A stretch of 61,061 bases of DNA, filler included. It is 8 parts of 8 records of this genome, joined end to end, with 100 filler letters (N's around TTAATTAATTAA, not from the genome) between each part and the next. Parts side by side here need not be neighbours in the genome. Positions count along the whole stretch, not along the records: positions 45,011 to 50,050 come from SRR31147125_22122; positions 50,151 to 55,445 come from SRR31147125_22140; positions 55,546 to 61,061 come from SRR31147125_22174; 5 more parts are not named here. One strand, written 5' to 3'. Below the pieces are notes generated by a model, which was not told the origin of the DNA, did no database searches, and worked only from the letters and a program-made list of their open reading frames with translations. Position 1 is the stretch's first letter. Every line of letters starts with the position of its first letter. Shown one piece after another: positions 45,094 to 55,642 of the stretch. Position numbers and translations under genes: made by a program.

Positions 45094-45297
45094 TTACGGT
45101 TTCTGATTTTGGGCGTCGTCGCCGGATTCGGTTGCGGCGCCCTCCAACCCCTGCTTTACCGTTTCATCAACGGCCGCATAGATAGTCTTGAAGGTCTCCG
45201 CGAAATTACTGGGAGACAATCTTCCCATCTCGATAAATTTTACTGCAATCTCCTTGCTTGCCCGCAGGACTTGGGCCTGGACCGATTCTTTCGCCAT
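45094..45297 (-). CDS. small hypothetical protein (KEIAVKFIEMGRLSP motif)
   Basis: 67-aa amphipathic helical ORF divergent from queF. Confidence 0.65.
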   Translation of the reverse strand: MAKESVQAQVLRASKEIAVKFIEMGRLSPSNFAETFKTIYAAVDETVKQGLEGAATESGDDAQNQKP

Positions 45298-45474
45298 CGT
45301 CTGTCTCGCTTTTTATATGTAATAATTCTGGTTTGTTAACAGCTGGTAGCGCTGATGTCAAGTTTTGCCTTGGATGGGAAACGATCTTCGTTTGACACGG
45401 CGTCATTAATTCTCTATGTTCTTTTGATTTAAGCATATATCGGCCCATAGGGGCTTCTTGGGAAGTTAGATACC

Positions 45475-45882
45475 ATGACAGATCAAACCCGGCACAATGT
45501 GCCTTATGCCATTGAGAAGGTCTCTTCGGTTCGCACGGACCTGCTTGAACCGATTGATTATGCCTACAAGGGGCAACGGCAGATAGCGGTCACCATTCAC
45601 CAACCGGAGTTTACTGGTTTGCCCGATGACCGGTCTGCCCGATTTCGGGACGATCACCATCAAATATTGCCCATCCGACAAGATTATCGAGCTCAAATCC
45701 TTAAAATTTTATCTGCTGCAGTACCGCAATGTCGGGATTTTTTACGAGCACGTGGTCAACCGCATCCTGGACGACCTGGTGGCTGCCCTGGCCCCCCGGT
45801 GGATGGAGGTTCAAGGTAACTTCTCCGCTCGAGGGGAATTACCACGGATGTTGTCGTTCGGTTTCCCGCGGAAGATAAATGA
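45475..45882 (+). CDS. queF: preQ1 synthase QueF (type I); two frameshifts (near 45615 and 45835)
   Basis: [28 protein letters not shown], restored RGGITT. Confidence 0.88.
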
Positions 45883-46829
45883 ACGGTAATTGGAGATTTC
45901 AGAGAATGCGCAAACCTCTCGTTGTGTTGTTTTGCTTTGTGATGACGTGCACTTTTCTCGGTGCCTGTGCCAAGGACCGCTACCAGCGAATCGAAGAGCG
46001 CGCTACTTTTTACAGTACCGATGGGGGTGGTCGTCCCTATCTGAAGCAGGCAGCCTTCATACCGCAGCAGGGGCTGGCTACGCAGTTCGGTAGCCGGATC
46101 GAAGCGATTTTTCTGCAAAGTTTAATCGATAACATACACACAGAGGCCGAGCATCTGGTGTTGGTCACCCCCCTGGATGAAGGGTTTCCGCCACTTTTAA
46201 AAGGCGGCGACCTCTCCTTATCGGGACAGGTGACAAGAATAGCCGAAAAGGCGAGCATGCTCGGCTATCACTACCTTGTCCAGGCCGGTGTATGGCATGC
46301 CGAACCGATCAAAGAGAAGAAGGGATTCTGGTTTTTCCGTAAAGAGCGCGGCTACGTCAACCTTGTGGTTGCACTCGATATTTATGACACATTCACAGGC
46401 GCCAAGATCGTCAGTCGGGTGATCGATGATAACGTCAGAATTCCCTTTGAGGAATACGAGGGGCTGATGGCCGGACTGCAGGGTGCCGTGGCTGAGGTCG
46501 ACGAAGCTGCCGCCGACTATGGTGAGGATTTAGGCGATTTAGCTGCAGACACCATGACGGAAGAAAGATGGATGGCCTTGGTCATCGCCGTAGAAGACGG
46601 GCAAGTGGTCCTGTCCGCTGGTCGTGCCGCCGGTCTCAGGGAGGGAGACCGCTTGGTCCTCTTCGAAGGCCGGCGTATTGTGAATGGCCTGAGTGGAGAA
46701 AACTATATTGCTCCTGGCTACAAGCTGAGTGACATCCGTATCGTCAGTGCTGAGGAGACCAGTGCCAGGGCCGTGATGGATCAACCCGCTGACATCAAAC
46801 CCGGCGACATCGCTTTGCCTGCCCAGTAG
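45879..46829 (+). CDS. lipoprotein with CsgG/FlgT-like architecture (probable start 45906)
   Basis: FLGAC lipobox; C-terminal [11 protein letters not shown] beta domain. Confidence 0.6.
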   Translation: MNGNWRFQRMRKPLVVLFCFVMTCTFLGACAKDRYQRIEERATFYSTDGGGRPYLKQAAFIPQQGLATQFGSRIEAIFLQSLIDNIHTEAEHLVLVTPLDEGFPPLLKGGDLSLSGQVTRIAEKASMLGYHYLVQAGVWHAEPIKEKKGFWFFRKERGYVNLVVALDIYDTFTGAKIVSRVIDDNVRIPFEEYEGLMAGLQGAVAEVDEAAADYGEDLGDLAADTMTEERWMALVIAVEDGQVVLSAGRAAGLREGDRLVLFEGRRIVNGLSGENYIAPGYKLSDIRIVSAEETSARAVMDQPADIKPGDIALPAQ

Positions 46830-47022
46830 AACTGATTTCAAAAGCGTCCATATTCATCTCATTCAACCGCATTTCTTTCGATAAAAACTTCCGTGCAAAC
46901 TGGCGTTGTGATATGAAATGAAACATAGTCTTGATATGTTCCATCCAGCTGCTTGATTGGCCCGAATGCTCAACTGAGATGATCGCCACCTTTCACTGCA
47001 ATCGCCAATGTAAGGAGTCGTT

Positions 47023-48423
47023 ATGCCCCAGGAAAAACCCCGCACATTCGGGGAGTTGAAGCGCAAGATCTCCAGCCTGCCCGACATCCGTCAGGAGATG
47101 AGAAGTAACCTGATTCGTAAACTAAAAGAGAAGGTGCCACTCTTTTCCGATATGATCGGCTATAAAGAGACCGTCATGCCCTCCCTGATAAATGCCATTC
47201 TTTGCGGCCACAACATCATTTTCCTCGGAGAACGGGGACAGGGTAAAAGCCGAATGATTCGGCATATGATCGATCTGCTGGACGACGAGATGCCTGCCAT
47301 CGAAGGGTGCCCCATCAACGACGACCCCTTCCAGCCCATCTGCAGTGCCTGTCGACAGCGCAAGGCCGAGATGGGCGACGAACTGCCGATTGCTTATATT
47401 TCCAAGGAGCGGCGGCTGGTCGAGAAGCTGGCTACATCGGATGTGAGCACGGCCGATCTGATCGGAGAGGTGGACCCGATCAAGATCGCCCAGGGCAGAA
47501 CCCTCGACGACGAGGCGGCCATCCATTTCGGTCTCGTACCCAGGGCGCACCGCGGCATCTTCGCCATCAACGAACTGCCCGATCTGGCCGAGAAGATCCA
47601 GGTCGCCTTCTTCAATATCATGGAGGAGAGCGACTTTCAGATTAAAGGCTTCCCGGTCCGCCTTCCCCTGGATATTTTTATCGTGGCAACCGCCAACCCG
47701 GAGGATTACACCAACAGGGGGCGGATCATCACACCATTGAAAGACCGTTTCGACGCCCAGATCAGAACCCACTACCCCTTGCGGCAGCAGCACGAGATAG
47801 CGATCATGGAGCAGGAGGCGCGTGGGGTGCCCATCGATGGCATCGAGGCCAGGGTGCCCGATTTCATCAAGTCTATCCTGGCGGAGATGACCTTTCAGGC
47901 CCGCAGCAGTTCCGAGATAAACCAGCACTCGGGGGTCAGCTGCCGGGTCTCCATCCGCAGTTACGAGGCGATTCTCGGCAGCGCCATACGCCGCTGCCTG
48001 GAACTGGGTGAAACCGTGGCCGTGCCCAGAATCACCGATATCGAGATGACCTATCCCGCCATCGCCGGCAAACTGGAGCTCGAGTATCAGGTGGAGGAGA
48101 ACAACGGCAACGATATCATCGATAACCTGGCCCACCGGGCGATCAAGCACGTGTTCGACACCCATTTTCAGATCGAGGGGCTTGCCGATATTATCGCTGC
48201 TTTCGAAAAGGGGATGAGCGTGGAGATCTCCCGTTTTCAGCCCTCCGAAGCTTACCTGGACGGTTTGAAGTTCATTCCGGGCATGGAGGCGGCCGTCGAG
48301 CGCCTTGCCGATCTCAAGGATGCCCCCCAGGTTGCCGCTGCATTGGAGTTTGTGCTCGAAGGGCTGCATCTTTCCAATAAACTCAACCGTGAAGCCAATG
48401 AAAGCGGAGTGCTTTACAAATGA
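47023..48423 (+). CDS. AAA+ ATPase, magnesium chelatase ChlI/MoxR-like
   Basis: GERGQGKS, FAINELPDL, TANPEDYTNRG, DRF. Confidence 0.9.
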   Translation: MPQEKPRTFGELKRKISSLPDIRQEMRSNLIRKLKEKVPLFSDMIGYKETVMPSLINAILCGHNIIFLGERGQGKSRMIRHMIDLLDDEMPAIEGCPINDDPFQPICSACRQRKAEMGDELPIAYISKERRLVEKLATSDVSTADLIGEVDPIKIAQGRTLDDEAAIHFGLVPRAHRGIFAINELPDLAEKIQVAFFNIMEESDFQIKGFPVRLPLDIFIVATANPEDYTNRGRIITPLKDRFDAQIRTHYPLRQQHEIAIMEQEARGVPIDGIEARVPDFIKSILAEMTFQARSSSEINQHSGVSCRVSIRSYEAILGSAIRRCLELGETVAVPRITDIEMTYPAIAGKLELEYQVEENNGNDIIDNLAHRAIKHVFDTHFQIEGLADIIAAFEKGMSVEISRFQPSEAYLDGLKFIPGMEAAVERLADLKDAPQVAAALEFVLEGLHLSNKLNREANESGVLYK

Positions 48424-50008
48424 AGCTTTTCCGATACAGCCGCTGGGACGGCACCCAGCAGCCGTTCAGCACGAAGAAAAAGGAGATCATCGACCACTTC
48501 ATGGAGAATATCATGAAGGGCATGTCTCCCAATACCTCCATCGCCCAGATGCTCTGGGAGGGATTCCCGCTGGCCGGCATGGACCTCAGGGTGATGGGCC
48601 TGGAGGAGATGATCGAGGAGATTCAATCCCAGAAGGAGGATCTCTTCTCCCAATACAGCCTTGAAAAGATTTTCGACAAGCCGATGGACGATATCAGGTT
48701 TCTGCTTGAAGACGAGGCGATGTCGAGAAAGCAGGTCGGCGAAGTTCCGCCGCCGACGTATGATGAACTGCCTCCGGGTCTCCTGAAGAAGATCCGATCC
48801 CTGAAGAAGTTCGACTTCATCAACGAAGAGAGCCGACAACTGTTCGATGCGTGGCAGAAAAGAGAACAGGATATCCTCGACCTCTACGATTTCTACAGTG
48901 AATATGCCGACCGGTTTATCGGAGAGGAGTTTCTTGATTTCGAGCAGGCCCTCGAACTCATGCGGCAGTTCAAGGCCTTGGATCAGCTCCAAAGGCAGTT
49001 GTTGAGGGGTGAGTTCGAGCAGATCGATCAGGAGCAGCTGGAGCAGATTTTGGGCAATGATGCCAAAACGTCGTTCAATATCCTTCTGCAGTTGCCCAAT
49101 ATGGTATCGGAAGAGAAGCTGGTGCAAGCCGGCGACTGGGGTTTTGAGATGACCCCCAGGGGGTTGCGGGCTTTGGGGGAGGCCGCTTTCGGCAAACTGT
49201 TCAACCATATCAAAAAGGATCGTCAGGGAGAGAATCCCGGGAACGCCCCCCAGTCGGGGGAGCTGCTGCCCGACTCCTCACGTCCCTATCGCTATGGTGA
49301 CCGTTTCGACCTCGATCTGACCCAGACCATCTTAAAATCGATTCCCCGGGGGCGGGGAGCGGATGGTGGCCTTGTACTGGATTCGGAAGCATTTTACGTT
49401 CGCGAACGAGAGGAGATGGTGACCACCACCACTGCGGTGCTGCTCGATCTCTCCTGGTCCATGTCGCGGGATGGGCGTTTCGAGGCGGCCAAGAAGGTGG
49501 CCCTGGCCCTGGATCACTATATCCGTTCGCGATTTCCAAAGGATAAGGTGCACACTATCGGGTTCTCCACGGAAGCGGTGGAGCTCAAGGAAGAGAGCTC
49601 GCCATGGCCGTGTGGGATGCCAATCGCCCGTTTACCAATCTGCAGGGGGCGCTTCAACTGGCGATGCAACTGATCAAGCGCAGCGGCAACCGCAACAACC
49701 GGGTCCTCGTCATCACCGACGGCCAGCCGACCGCCTACTACATCGATGGAGAGCTGCATGTCGAGTTCCCCGAAACCATGAACGGCATCAGCCGCAACGC
49801 CTGCATGGCAACCCTGGCCGAAGTGAAGCGGGTCACCGCCCAGGGGATGAATATCGAAACCTTCATGCTCGACGACAGCCCCGTACTGTTGGAGTTCACC
49901 CGCGAGATGGCCCGCATCAACAAGGGAAGGGCGGTGCTGTGTCGACCGGGAAAACTGGGTGAGCTGATCCTTGTCGAAGAGATCAAGCGAAGAGGAGGGA
50001 AGATATAG
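48420..50008 (+). CDS. vWA domain protein partnering the AAA+; frameshift near 49590
   Basis: FRYSRWDGTQ, MIDAS DLSWSM, TNLQGAL, ITDGQPTA. Confidence 0.88.
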
Positions 50009-50050
50009 GAGGTCAACTTTCGGGTAGGGGTATAAGCCGGCGAGAGCGGC

Positions 50051-50150
50051 NNNNNNNNNNNNNNNNNNNNNNNNNNNNNNNNNNNNNNNNNNNNTTAATT
50101 AATTAANNNNNNNNNNNNNNNNNNNNNNNNNNNNNNNNNNNNNNNNNNNN
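50051..50150. other. artificial contig linker
   Basis: Ns plus TTAATTAATTAA. Confidence 0.99.
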
Positions 50151-50227
50151 AAATTATGCAAACTCAAATTCAGTATCTTAATTATATAAATTTTAATTAG
50201 TGATATTATCTTTATAATATAAAGCAG

Positions 50228-52077
50228 GTGTTAAGGTTGTTTAAAACTTTTTTTAAAATAGAAAATTTAACATACAATAATGAAAGTTTAAATTCGTTGA
50301 AGAATATATCTTTTGATATGAAGCAGGGTGAAGTTTTGGCTTTGATAGGAGATTTTGACTATAATGTGGATAATTTCCTAAATAGTTTTGAAGATAAGAA
50401 GAGTGGTAAAGGAAAAGTAATTTACAAAGATCAAGTTAACAATCTATCAGAATCAATAGCTGAGGGTGATTTTTCTATTTTGTTTCAGAAATCTACATTA
50501 ATAGAAAAATTAAGTGTATATGAAAATCTTCATCTGCGAAAATATCCCAAAAGAAGATTTTTACCAATTATAAATTGGAAAAAAATAATTGATAAATCTG
50601 AACGGTGGTTCAAAAACTATAATATCGACATTGATGTTAGGAAATCTGTAAAAGATTTAAGTAATAGCGAAAAAAAAATGCTTAGATTAATAAAAACATT
50701 TATTATGGAACCAGATATGACTATTCTACACAACCCCACTGATGAGCTAAACTCTCTAATGATAGAAAAATTATATAATATTATATCTAACTACAAATCC
50801 AAGGGGAAAAGTATCCTATATATGACAAATAAATGGGAGGAAGCTCTAAAAGTAGCAGATAGAATGTTAGTTATATACGAAGGACGAATAGTAGGGCAAT
50901 TAACATCTGAGGAAGCCAAAAAAATCCCAAAAAATTGATATATATGCTTGAGAATAATAAAACATCACTAAGAGGTTTAGACGATGAAACGAGATTAATA
51001 CTAAGCTCAGTAATGAAAGCAGCTGAATATATTAGCTCAAATTATGAACTAAATGATGTACTGTTATTATTAGCCAAACAAGCTGTTGAAGTAATGAATG
51101 CTAACGGATGTATTATAAATCTGATTGATGAAGATACAGAAAGTATAATTGAGAAAGTTGAGTATAAAAAAGAGTTATCACTATCAGCTAACCTGAAAAA
51201 AGATGTAGTTATGAAAATTGCAAAAAAAGAGAATTTTTTTTATGCAAATAAACATGAAAAAGACTTCTTTGAACTATTTGATGAGATTAACGATGTTAGA
51301 ACTGTTATCATCTCTCCAATATTTATTAGATCACACATTACAGGGGTTATACAGCTGATATACGATAATTACTATATCTATTCAGAGGAGGAGCAGCTAT
51401 TTCTAAACGCATTCTCCAAGCAAGCGGCAATAGCTATAGAGGATACTAAACTAATGGGGAGATCTGCTTTGTTACAGGAGAGTCACCATAGGATAAAAAA
51501 TAGTTTGCAATCAGTTATTAATTTGATAAATATGCAAAAGAGAGAGGCGCTTAAAAATCCATCATTTGATATAGCGAATTCTCTAGAAAATGTTATCTCA
51601 AGGGTAAAAAGTATTGCGTCAGTTCATGATTTGTTATCCAAAGAGAAATTAGGTAGAGGAATAATCAATTTGAATGATATAGTTAAAATAATTCTAGAAA
51701 ATTTATTGATATTTGATAAAAAAATTAAGATAGATAGTGAAATTGAGAATATAATGATTCCTTATAATAAGGCTAGTTCAATAGCGTTAATTATTAATGA
51801 ATTAATTAGTAACTGCTATAAACATGCATTTATTAATCAAGAATCTGGCGAGATATTTATTAAATGTGCTAGAGATTCAAATGAGATAAAACTTAGTGTG
51901 GTGGATAACGGAATAGGTATTTGTGAAGAAAAAATAAGAAAGAGTACAAGCTTAGGAATATCCATAGTTAACTCAATTGTGTTTTATGAATTTAAGGGAA
52001 AAATCTCTTATGAAAAGCTAGATAAGGGAACAAAAGTAAAAATAGTCATTCCAATGGATAAATTCTTCAGAGAGTAA
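50228..52077 (+). CDS. degenerate sugar-ABC ATPase domain plus GAF plus HisKA_2/HATPase histidine kinase (probably one ~616-aa gene broken at A-runs 50918-50934; otherwise two genes overlapping by 4 nt)
   Basis: RbsA-like N-terminus with Walker motifs lost; GAF (VIISPIF...AAIAIE); ESHHRIKN, NELISNCYKHAF, DNGIG, SLG. Confidence 0.8.
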
Positions 52078-52093
52078 TTTTTTTGAATTTAAC

Positions 52094-52122
52094 TTGACAA
52101 AGAAATTTTTACATATTATACT
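52094..52122 (+). promoter_or_regulatory. sigma-70 promoter for the ANTAR regulator and downstream rbs genes
   Basis: TTGACA-17 nt-TATACT. Confidence 0.8.
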
Positions 52123-52182
52123 TGAGGTGAAAATGGTTCAAAATAGAATAAAATGTTTCTAAAGAGGATAGGAAGGTTGTAT

Positions 52183-52764
52183 ATGGGTTCGCTGAGAATA
52201 TTGCTGGCGGAAGATGAGTTTTTATGTTTGATAGGGATAAAGAATAATCTGGAGGATTTAGGTCACGAGATTATTGGAGAAGCATCTGATGGTTTAGAGC
52301 TGATAAAGATGGCAAAGGAGAGGAAGCCGGATTTGATATTAACTGATGTTAATATGCCTTCGCTTAGCGGAATAGAGGCTATTAGAAAGATAAATGAAAC
52401 TCAAACTATTCCTACAATAGTTATAAGTGGCTATCATGAAGATAGGCTGGTAAAAGAGGCTTCGCATCTGGGAGTATATAACTATCTGGTAAAACCTGTA
52501 GATATGAAGGATTTGAAAATAGCTATTGAAGTATCATTAGCTAGGCACAAAGATTTCATTAATATCGAAAAAGAACTGGAAGAGACCAAAGAAACATTGG
52601 AAAAAAGAAAAGTTTTGGAGAAAGCAAAAGGAATTCTGATGGAGCATCAGAAGCTCTCTGAAAATGAAGCTTTTAAGAAATTACAAAAAATGAGTAAAGA
52701 TAAAAATAAAAAAATGATATTAGTAGCGAATGAGATTATAAATGCTTATGAGCTGCTTAAATAA
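52183..52764 (+). CDS. ANTAR-domain response regulator (EutV/PdtaR-like)
   Basis: Receiver (LAEDE, DVNMP, YLVKP) plus RKVLEKAKGILM...EAFKKLQKMS ANTAR signature; RBS favours ATG 52183. Confidence 0.93.
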   Translation: MGSLRILLAEDEFLCLIGIKNNLEDLGHEIIGEASDGLELIKMAKERKPDLILTDVNMPSLSGIEAIRKINETQTIPTIVISGYHEDRLVKEASHLGVYNYLVKPVDMKDLKIAIEVSLARHKDFINIEKELEETKETLEKRKVLEKAKGILMEHQKLSENEAFKKLQKMSKDKNKKMILVANEIINAYELLK

Positions 52765-52780
52765 AACTGAATATTTGACT

Positions 52781-52879
52781 CTGTATTAATGGCTGATACG
52801 GCGTGATAAGGTAATGGTGCCTTGTGTTATAAAGTGATGAAAAAATTATTTTCATTATTTTATTGCGCAAGGTTTTTTT
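52781..52879 (+). promoter_or_regulatory. ANTAR dual-hairpin antitermination leader overlapping an intrinsic terminator
   Basis: P1 CTGTATT-AATGGCT-GATACGG; P2 ATAAGGT-AATGGT-GCCTTGT; terminator stem 52819-52873 plus T-tract. Confidence 0.82.
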
Positions 52880-52941
52880 ATTTTCATTGAAATATAGGAA
52901 AGAGCTAAACTTTTAAAATTAAAAATATCAGAGGTGAATGT

Positions 52942-53856
52942 ATGAAAAAAATCATGGTTTTGGGAAGTTTAAATATGGATTTAGTAACGAGAGTTAAAGC
53001 AACTCCAAAGGTAGGAGAAACAATTCACGGTGAAGGATTTGAGAAGATTCCTGGTGGAAAGGGAGCTAATCAAGCAGCGGCAATAGGAAGAATAGGTGGA
53101 CTGATATCTATGCTTGGTAAGGTTGGAGACGATGCTTTCGGTGAGGAATTAATAAAAAGTCTAAATGGGAGTAGCGTTGATTGTAGTTACGTCTCAAAAG
53201 ATAAGGCACCCACTGGGACAGCCTTAATTATGGTAAACGAGAGCGGAGATAACTCAATAGTTGTTATAGCTGGAGCAAATTTTAGCTTGAAAGCAGAGGA
53301 TATTCATGAAGAGATGTTTGACGATGTTAGTTATCTATTAGCTCAACTGGAAACACCTACTGATACTATAGAGCAAGCTTTTAAAATAGCGAAAAATAAA
53401 GGTGTTTATACAGTTCTCAATCCTGCTCCAGCAAAGGTATTGAGCGATGAACTACTTAGAAATACAGATTTATTAGTACCAAATGAGACGGAATTTGAGA
53501 CTTTAACTGGATACAGCACTAAATCAGAAGATGAATTTGAGAAGGGAATAAAATTCCTATTTAATAAAAATATGAAAGCTGTGTTAGTAACTCTAGGTGA
53601 AAAGGGAGCCAGATATATTGATAGAGACGGAGCTGACATAAGTGTGTCAGCATACAAAGTCGACGCAGTAGATACAACAGCAGCAGGAGATAGCTTCATA
53701 GGTGGATTTCTAACTACTCTTAGTGGAGGTTCCTCTGTAAAAGAAGCAATGGAAACAGCGGCGAAAGTAGCAGCAATAACAGTAAGTAGATTTGGAGCAC
53801 AAAGCTCTCTACCAACTAAAGATGAATTAGAAAGTTTCGAAGGGGTGAAAAGATAA
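52942..53856 (+). CDS. rbsK: ribokinase
   Basis: GSLNMD, PGGKGANQA, NPAPA, PNETE, DTTAAGDSF. Confidence 0.96.
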   Translation: MKKIMVLGSLNMDLVTRVKATPKVGETIHGEGFEKIPGGKGANQAAAIGRIGGLISMLGKVGDDAFGEELIKSLNGSSVDCSYVSKDKAPTGTALIMVNESGDNSIVVIAGANFSLKAEDIHEEMFDDVSYLLAQLETPTDTIEQAFKIAKNKGVYTVLNPAPAKVLSDELLRNTDLLVPNETEFETLTGYSTKSEDEFEKGIKFLFNKNMKAVLVTLGEKGARYIDRDGADISVSAYKVDAVDTTAAGDSFIGGFLTTLSGGSSVKEAMETAAKVAAITVSRFGAQSSLPTKDELESFEGVKR

Positions 53857-54251
53857 TGAAAAAAGGATACCTGTTAAATGCTGAAATTATTGAAGTTATT
53901 AGCAAAATGGGACATACAGATGAGATAGTAATAGGAGATTGTGGCTTACCTGTCCCTGATAATGTAAAGAGGATTGACTTAGCTCTAATCCAGGGGGTTC
54001 CATCATTTATAGATGTACTTGAGATATTATTAAAAACATACGAATGCGAAGAGTACTACTTGGCAGATGAGATAAAAGAGGGGAATCCGGCAGTTGAGGA
54101 GGAAGTAAAAAAACTACTTGCCGGCAAAAAAGAAAACTATATAAGCCATGAGGACTTAAAAGAGAGAAGTAAAAATGCGAAGGCTGTAATCCGTACAGGG
54201 GAGTGTACCCCCTATGCAAATATCATATTGAAATCAGGTGTTATTTTTTAA
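53856..54251 (+). CDS. rbsD: D-ribose pyranase
   Basis: MGHTD..IGDCGLP, RTGECTPYANIIL. Confidence 0.96.
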   Translation: MKKGYLLNAEIIEVISKMGHTDEIVIGDCGLPVPDNVKRIDLALIQGVPSFIDVLEILLKTYECEEYYLADEIKEGNPAVEEEVKKLLAGKKENYISHEDLKERSKNAKAVIRTGECTPYANIILKSGVIF

Positions 54252-54269
54252 TAGAGAGGAAAAACGATT

Positions 54270-55445
54270 ATGAAATGCAAGATTCTTGAAATGAAGAATG
54301 TAACAAAACTTTTTCCTGGTGTAAAGGCTCTAGACGGTGTTCATCTAAATGTATATGACGGTGAGATAATGGCTCTCTTAGGTGAAAACGGAGCAGGGAA
54401 ATCAACACTAATGAAGATTTTATCAGGAGTGTATAAAAAAACTGACGGAACGATCATCTACAAAGGTGAAGAACTAGAGGTACATGGTACCAAAAGTGCT
54501 CAAGATGCAGGGATAACTATTATCCATCAAGAGTTAAACTTAATAGATGAACTGTCAGTTGGTGAGAATATATTTCTTGGTCGAGAGCCAAAAAAAGCGG
54601 GAAAAGTTATTGATTGGAAAAAACTATTTAACATGGCACAGGAATTATTAGACACGTTAAATCTAGAGATGAGCCCAAAGGAGAAGATAAAAAATCTATC
54701 AATTGGACATAAACAGATGGTTGAGATAGCAAAGGCACTTTCATTAGATGCAGAATTGATAATTATGGATGAACCTACAGATGCACTAACAGATCAAGAA
54801 ACAGAGAGTTTATTTAAAGTTATCCAGAAATTAAAATCCGCAGGTAAAAGCATAGTTTATATATCGCATAGGTTAAAGGAGATATTTGAGATATGTGACG
54901 ATGTAACGATCCTTCGTGATGGACAGTTCATTGCGGAAAAATCAGTAAAAGACATAAATGAGGATGAGCTAATAGAGATGATGGTTGGGCGTAAACTAGA
55001 AGAGCAGTTCCCATACCAAAAAGATCTTATTGGTGAGAGTGTATTAAGTGTAAAAGAGATATCCAACGAATATATAAGCAATGTATCATTTGAGCTAAAA
55101 AAAGGTGAGATACTGGGAGTAGCTGGGCTAATGGGAGCAGGTAGAACCGAGTTAGCGAAATCAATATTTGGGAACTATAAGATTAAATCAGGTAAGGTAG
55201 AGATAAACGGAAAAATACTTAAACTTCATTCAGAAAAATCAGCGTTAGATGCAGGTATCAGTTATGTATCTGAGGATAGGAAAAAAGATGGGCTGGTACT
55301 GGGAATGAGTGTGAAGGAAAATATATCACTTACAGCTCTAAAAGAGCTAACGAAAAACAGCATAATTAATAGAAATATGGAGAAAGAAGTGGCTGAGGAT
55401 TACGTTAGCAAACTTCTAATAAAAACACCATCAATTAATCAAAAA
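54270..55445 (+). CDS. rbsA: ribose ABC transporter ATP-binding protein, 3' truncated
   Basis: GENGAGKST, MDEPTDAL, ISHR, GLMGAGRTE, SEDRK. Confidence 0.94.
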
Positions 55446-55545
55446 NNNNNNNNNNNNNNNNNNNNNNNNNNNNNNNNNNNNNNNNNNNNTTAATTAATTA
55501 ANNNNNNNNNNNNNNNNNNNNNNNNNNNNNNNNNNNNNNNNNNNN
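55446..55545. other. artificial contig linker
   Basis: Ns plus TTAATTAATTAA. Confidence 0.99.
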
Positions 55546-55546
55546 T

Positions 55547-55573
55547 TGCGTCCCAAATACAATTTGGGACGCA
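55547..55573. repeat. REP-like palindrome
   Basis: TGCGTCCCAAAT-ACA-ATTTGGGACGCA. Confidence 0.5.
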
Positions 55574-55642
55574 GAGTAAACGGACACTACAGGATCTGTG
55601 CATCTGTGTAATATATTCATTTTACAAACTATGGAGTTTAAA

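Noticed and set aside
47122-49208. Long antisense ORFs (415 aa and 264 aa) and similar shadow ORFs elsewhere
   Set aside because: They are mirror frames of GC-rich real genes and have no recognisable motifs.
50929-50938. A-AAA-AAT slippery heptamer before the stop, suggesting programmed -1 frameshifting
   Set aside because: It cannot be distinguished from the homopolymer errors seen throughout the window, and no stimulatory structure is evident.
52128-52140. AATGGT loop-like motif upstream of the ANTAR regulator
   Set aside because: Only a single weak stem, with no partner hairpin or terminator.
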